DNA of 64,000 nucleotides from Macrostomum lignano (lineage: Eukaryota): contig NIVC01001980.1 of assembly GCA_002269645.1 (NCBI GenBank), forward strand, positions 1 to 64,000, written 5' to 3'. Position numbers and translations under genes: made by a program. This document shows positions 63,319 through 64,000 of the stretch, piece by piece (the first letter of the stretch is position 1; each line of letters opens with the position of its first letter). The notes beneath the pieces are model-generated. The model did not search any database. It was not told the DNA's origin and was given only the letters and a program-made list of their open reading frames with translations.

Positions 63319-63652
63319 ACTACTCAAGTAGAAGCACGGGAAAGTACATTTCTTGGAAAATTTTAGGAGACATGCTTTACCGAAAAAGTACATTACGGAG
63401 ATCGGAGGTTTATTATCTACGCACGATCACTCGAAGCTTTTTGTTTCAGGATATGAAATTAATATAAAATTCTAGTTTTATAAATGAAAAACTCTAGGAA
63501 TATCAATAGAACTATAAGAAAGGCGACCTATCAAATGATGAACTTTGGGTCTGCCTCCTATTAAAAACAATAACAATTTTTTAGCTGAAAATTGGAAACC
63601 TCCTGTCTCCGTAATGTACTTTTAGGTTCTTCTACTTGAGTAGTCCTTGGAT
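63319..63652. mobile_element. MITE, second copy of the 9190-9503 family (right arm partly deleted)
   Basis: Ends actactcaagtag / ctacttgagtagt; shares aaaagtacattacggagat and atgaactttgggtctgcctcctat. Confidence 0.7.
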
Positions 63653-64000
63653 AACATATCTACGAAAATGTAGCATGTAAAATATAGTAAATTTACATTA
63701 TATAATCTATTGTGTGGAATATAGTTCCCGTACAGAACAAATAGTATACACATTTATGCACATTTAATTAATGATTTTAATCACATTGCAAGGTAAAGGA
63801 ATAATCAACACACGCACAAGGAATGGTAAATAAAAATCCAAAGTAAAAACTATATAGATAGAAAGAGAAAAAAGTCAATCAAATGTTTTGTTCGCAAGCA
63901 GACAAGGCGCAATAACCGCGATGCAATGATGAGCATCGCTACAGAACACAGAGAAGTGCACAAAGACTGGAGTACATTCGTTATAGTTCGTTAGCAACAA

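Overview
Eukaryotic (metazoan) genomic DNA with GC-rich exons, AT-rich intergenic DNA and GT-AG introns. The style resembles a free-living flatworm such as Macrostomum; this is an inference and was not verified. Seven protein-coding genes are supported: a 5'-truncated Xaa-Pro aminopeptidase (+, several frameshifts), OCA2/P protein (+, 9 exons), an intronless orphan class A GPCR (+), CEPT1-like phosphotransferase (-), an outer-arm dynein beta heavy chain (+, about 18.4 kb), NUP93 (-) and GNL2/NOG2 (-). The dynein locus contains a 225-N gap flanked by a 1.64-kb redundant overlap. Roughly a quarter of the window is tandem repeat: 18 arrays from 17 or fewer unit families, many intronic, including a 6-kb 45-bp satellite with a 2226-bp higher-order duplication. 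Two tRNA-derived SINE families and several MITE/foldback elements are present. The best leads are a hidden in-frame Gln-rich cassette exon in a dynein intron, recurrence of the AP-1 word TGA(G/C)TCA in unrelated minisatellites, and a GNL2-NUP93 pair with acceptor sites 2 nt before both ATGs (operon-like, possibly trans-spliced). I cannot claim a wholly new biological system from sequence alone.
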